This document shows, piece by piece, positions 53,310 to 54,833 of a stretch of 54,833 nt of DNA (its first letter is position 1; each line of letters starts with the position of its first letter). The position numbers and the translations under genes are program-made. The notes below the pieces were generated by a model. The model made no database searches and was not told the origin of the DNA. It was given only the letters and a program-made list of their open reading frames with translations. The stretch is from the NCBI GenBank assembly GCA_016939375.1, contig JAFGHF010000012.1, positions 1 to 54,833 of the forward strand, read 5' to 3'. The DNA is from Candidatus Omnitrophota bacterium (GTDB lineage Bacteria > Omnitrophota > Gorgyraeia > JAFGHF01).

Positions 53310-54833
53310 TGTTTTTCCTGTATGGCGTGAGTAACTCCAATAATCTTTTATTGGCATAGCCTAATTCTTCTGCCTTATCGCAATATGCGATGGCCTCTTC
53401 GTACCTTTGCTGGCGGTAATAACCAACGGCCACATTATAATAGGCCTGGGCAAGGTTTGGATCTGCTTCTATCGCCTTTAAATAGGCCTGTATGGCCTGG
53501 TCATTTTTTCCCAATGAGCGATAGCGGTTGCCCAGATTATTGTAGGCGGCGGCGTAATCGGGCCTGCACTCAACTGCCTTTTTATAATTTTCTATGGCTA
53601 GCTGGTCTTCGCCCAGCCTGACATACATATTAGCCAGATTGTAATAGGCATCTGCCTGTTTGGGGTCAGCGGCAATGGCCTTTTTATATTGTTCTATCGC
53701 CTCAAGGTGTTTTCCTTGCGCGGAATAGAAGTTACCTATATTATTGTAGGCCTCGACAAGCGCGGGGTCTAACTGGGCTGCTTTCTTTAAAGATGAAATC
53801 GCATTTTCTTTATCGCCCAGCATATAAAAAGATAGGCCCATGTTGTTATATGCCTTGGCAAAGCCGGGATCAATGGCTATCGCCTTTTTGTATTCGGCCA
53901 GCGCCTCTTTGTGCCTTGCCTGTTCTCTGTATTGGTTGCCCAGATTGTAATGGGCCTGGGCCAGGCTGGGGCTAGTAGAGATTGCTTTCTTGAATATCTC
54001 TTGCGCCAACTCGTCCTCTCCCAAGGCGCTATAGATATTGGCCAGGTTATTATAGGCATCTCCGTAATCAGGATTTAAAAAAATGGCCTTTTTAAACAGC
54101 TCAACGGCCTCTTCTTTCTTATTCAGCACCCCGTAGGCCAACCCCAGATTGTTGTAGGCCTCGGCAAGCCCGGGGCTAATCTGGATAGCCTTTTTAAAAG
54201 CGGCCACCGCCTGCTTCTCGGCATTGATAGCGCTGTAGGTAAGACCCAGATTGTTATATGCCCGGGCATAATCAGGATCAAGCTCTATGGCCTTATTAAA
54301 TGAGGCAAGGGCCTGGTCTATCCTTCTTAAATGATAATAGGAAAGGCCCAGATTATTATGTATCTTGGCGGAGTCAGACTTAATGGCGATGGCCTTTTCA
54401 TAGGCCGCAATGGCCTTCTGGTGCTCACCGGCCTTGGCCAGCACCATGCCCAGATTATTGTAGATCCTGGAAGTCCCTTGTGTATGCTCCAAGGTCTTTT
54501 GATAAAAGTTAAAGGCGCTTTGCCAGTATCTGTTTTGTCTTGCGGTCAAAGAGGAATAAAAGCCCAATAGAGCCAGACAAAGGACAATAGCCACAATACG
54601 GTATTTTTTATTGGCTATTGCCCGCTCAAAGATACGGGCTAAGACCAGAAAAAAACCTATTGCCGGGACATATAGCCAGTGCTCGGCCATGTAGGCATTG
54701 ATGGGATAGAGGTTGGATACAGGCATAAGTGCGATAAAAAACCAGAGTAGCGAAAAAAGATATAAGCTACGACCCGTCCTTCTTCTTTTGACATAGATAA
54801 ATGAAAGCCCAAGGAAAATCACCCCCGCCACGG
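53302..54833 (-). CDS. TMTC-like membrane/TPR protein (copy 1), 5' end outside window
   Basis: PVSNLYPINAYMAEHWLY, QNRYW, about 11 TPRs; frame open to the window edge. Confidence 0.85.
   Translation of the reverse strand, partial: VAGVIFLGLSFIYVKRRRTGRSLYLFSLLWFFIALMPVSNLYPINAYMAEHWLYVPAIGFFLVLARIFERAIANKKYRIVAIVLCLALLGFYSSLTARQNRYWQSAFNFYQKTLEHTQGTSRIYNNLGMVLAKAGEHQKAIAAYEKAIAIKSDSAKIHNNLGLSYYHLRRIDQALASFNKAIELDPDYARAYNNLGLTYSAINAEKQAVAAFKKAIQISPGLAEAYNNLGLAYGVLNKKEEAVELFKKAIFLNPDYGDAYNNLANIYSALGEDELAQEIFKKAISTSPSLAQAHYNLGNQYREQARHKEALAEYKKAIAIDPGFAKAYNNMGLSFYMLGDKENAISSLKKAAQLDPALVEAYNNIGNFYSAQGKHLEAIEQYKKAIAADPKQADAYYNLANMYVRLGEDQLAIENYKKAVECRPDYAAAYNNLGNRYRSLGKNDQAIQAYLKAIEADPNLAQAYYNVAVGYYRQQRYEEAIAYCDKAEELGYANKRLLELLTPYRKNNE

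Overview
A 54.8-kb, gene-dense bacterial chromosomal segment with nearly all genes on the minus strand. Only a MORN-repeat gene and a beta-barrel-like gene lie on the plus strand. The content points to a diderm organism, probably Ca. Omnitrophota or another PVC lineage, but this is inference from gene content only. From left to right: (1) a type IV pilus/T2SS-like operon led by an HTH_17 protein (HTH, pilM-pilN fusion, pilO, pilP-like, pilQ secretin, pilB/gspE, truncated by the window), plus a separately transcribed PilX-like gene; (2) a long run gatCAB-ctpA-yibQ-like-tsaD-mgtC. It continues into an unusual cassette (bactofilin-HTH_17 fusion, membrane-anchored HTH_17, exbB, exbD, TonB-like, membrane Zn-finger, DUF2582 winged helix, PC4-like protein) and then a deacetylase, an acyl-CoA ligase and a radical SAM enzyme; (3) an accessory region of small exported and membrane proteins, secreted MsrB, an ABC exporter with a transglutaminase, LemA/DUF2207, a serpin, a 1080-aa secreted repeat protein with polymorphic-toxin-like architecture, PilZ, GH1, GH5 and tandem paralog pairs; (4) rsmA preceded by at least four tandem TMTC-like (GT-C plus TPR) genes. 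No tRNA, rRNA, CRISPR array or transposase was recognised. The best candidate for an undescribed system is the cassette combining a DNA-binding bactofilin, a membrane HTH and an ExbBD-TonB motor (9937-13526). The putative secreted toxin locus is second. All functional calls come from motif recognition by eye; no searches were run.
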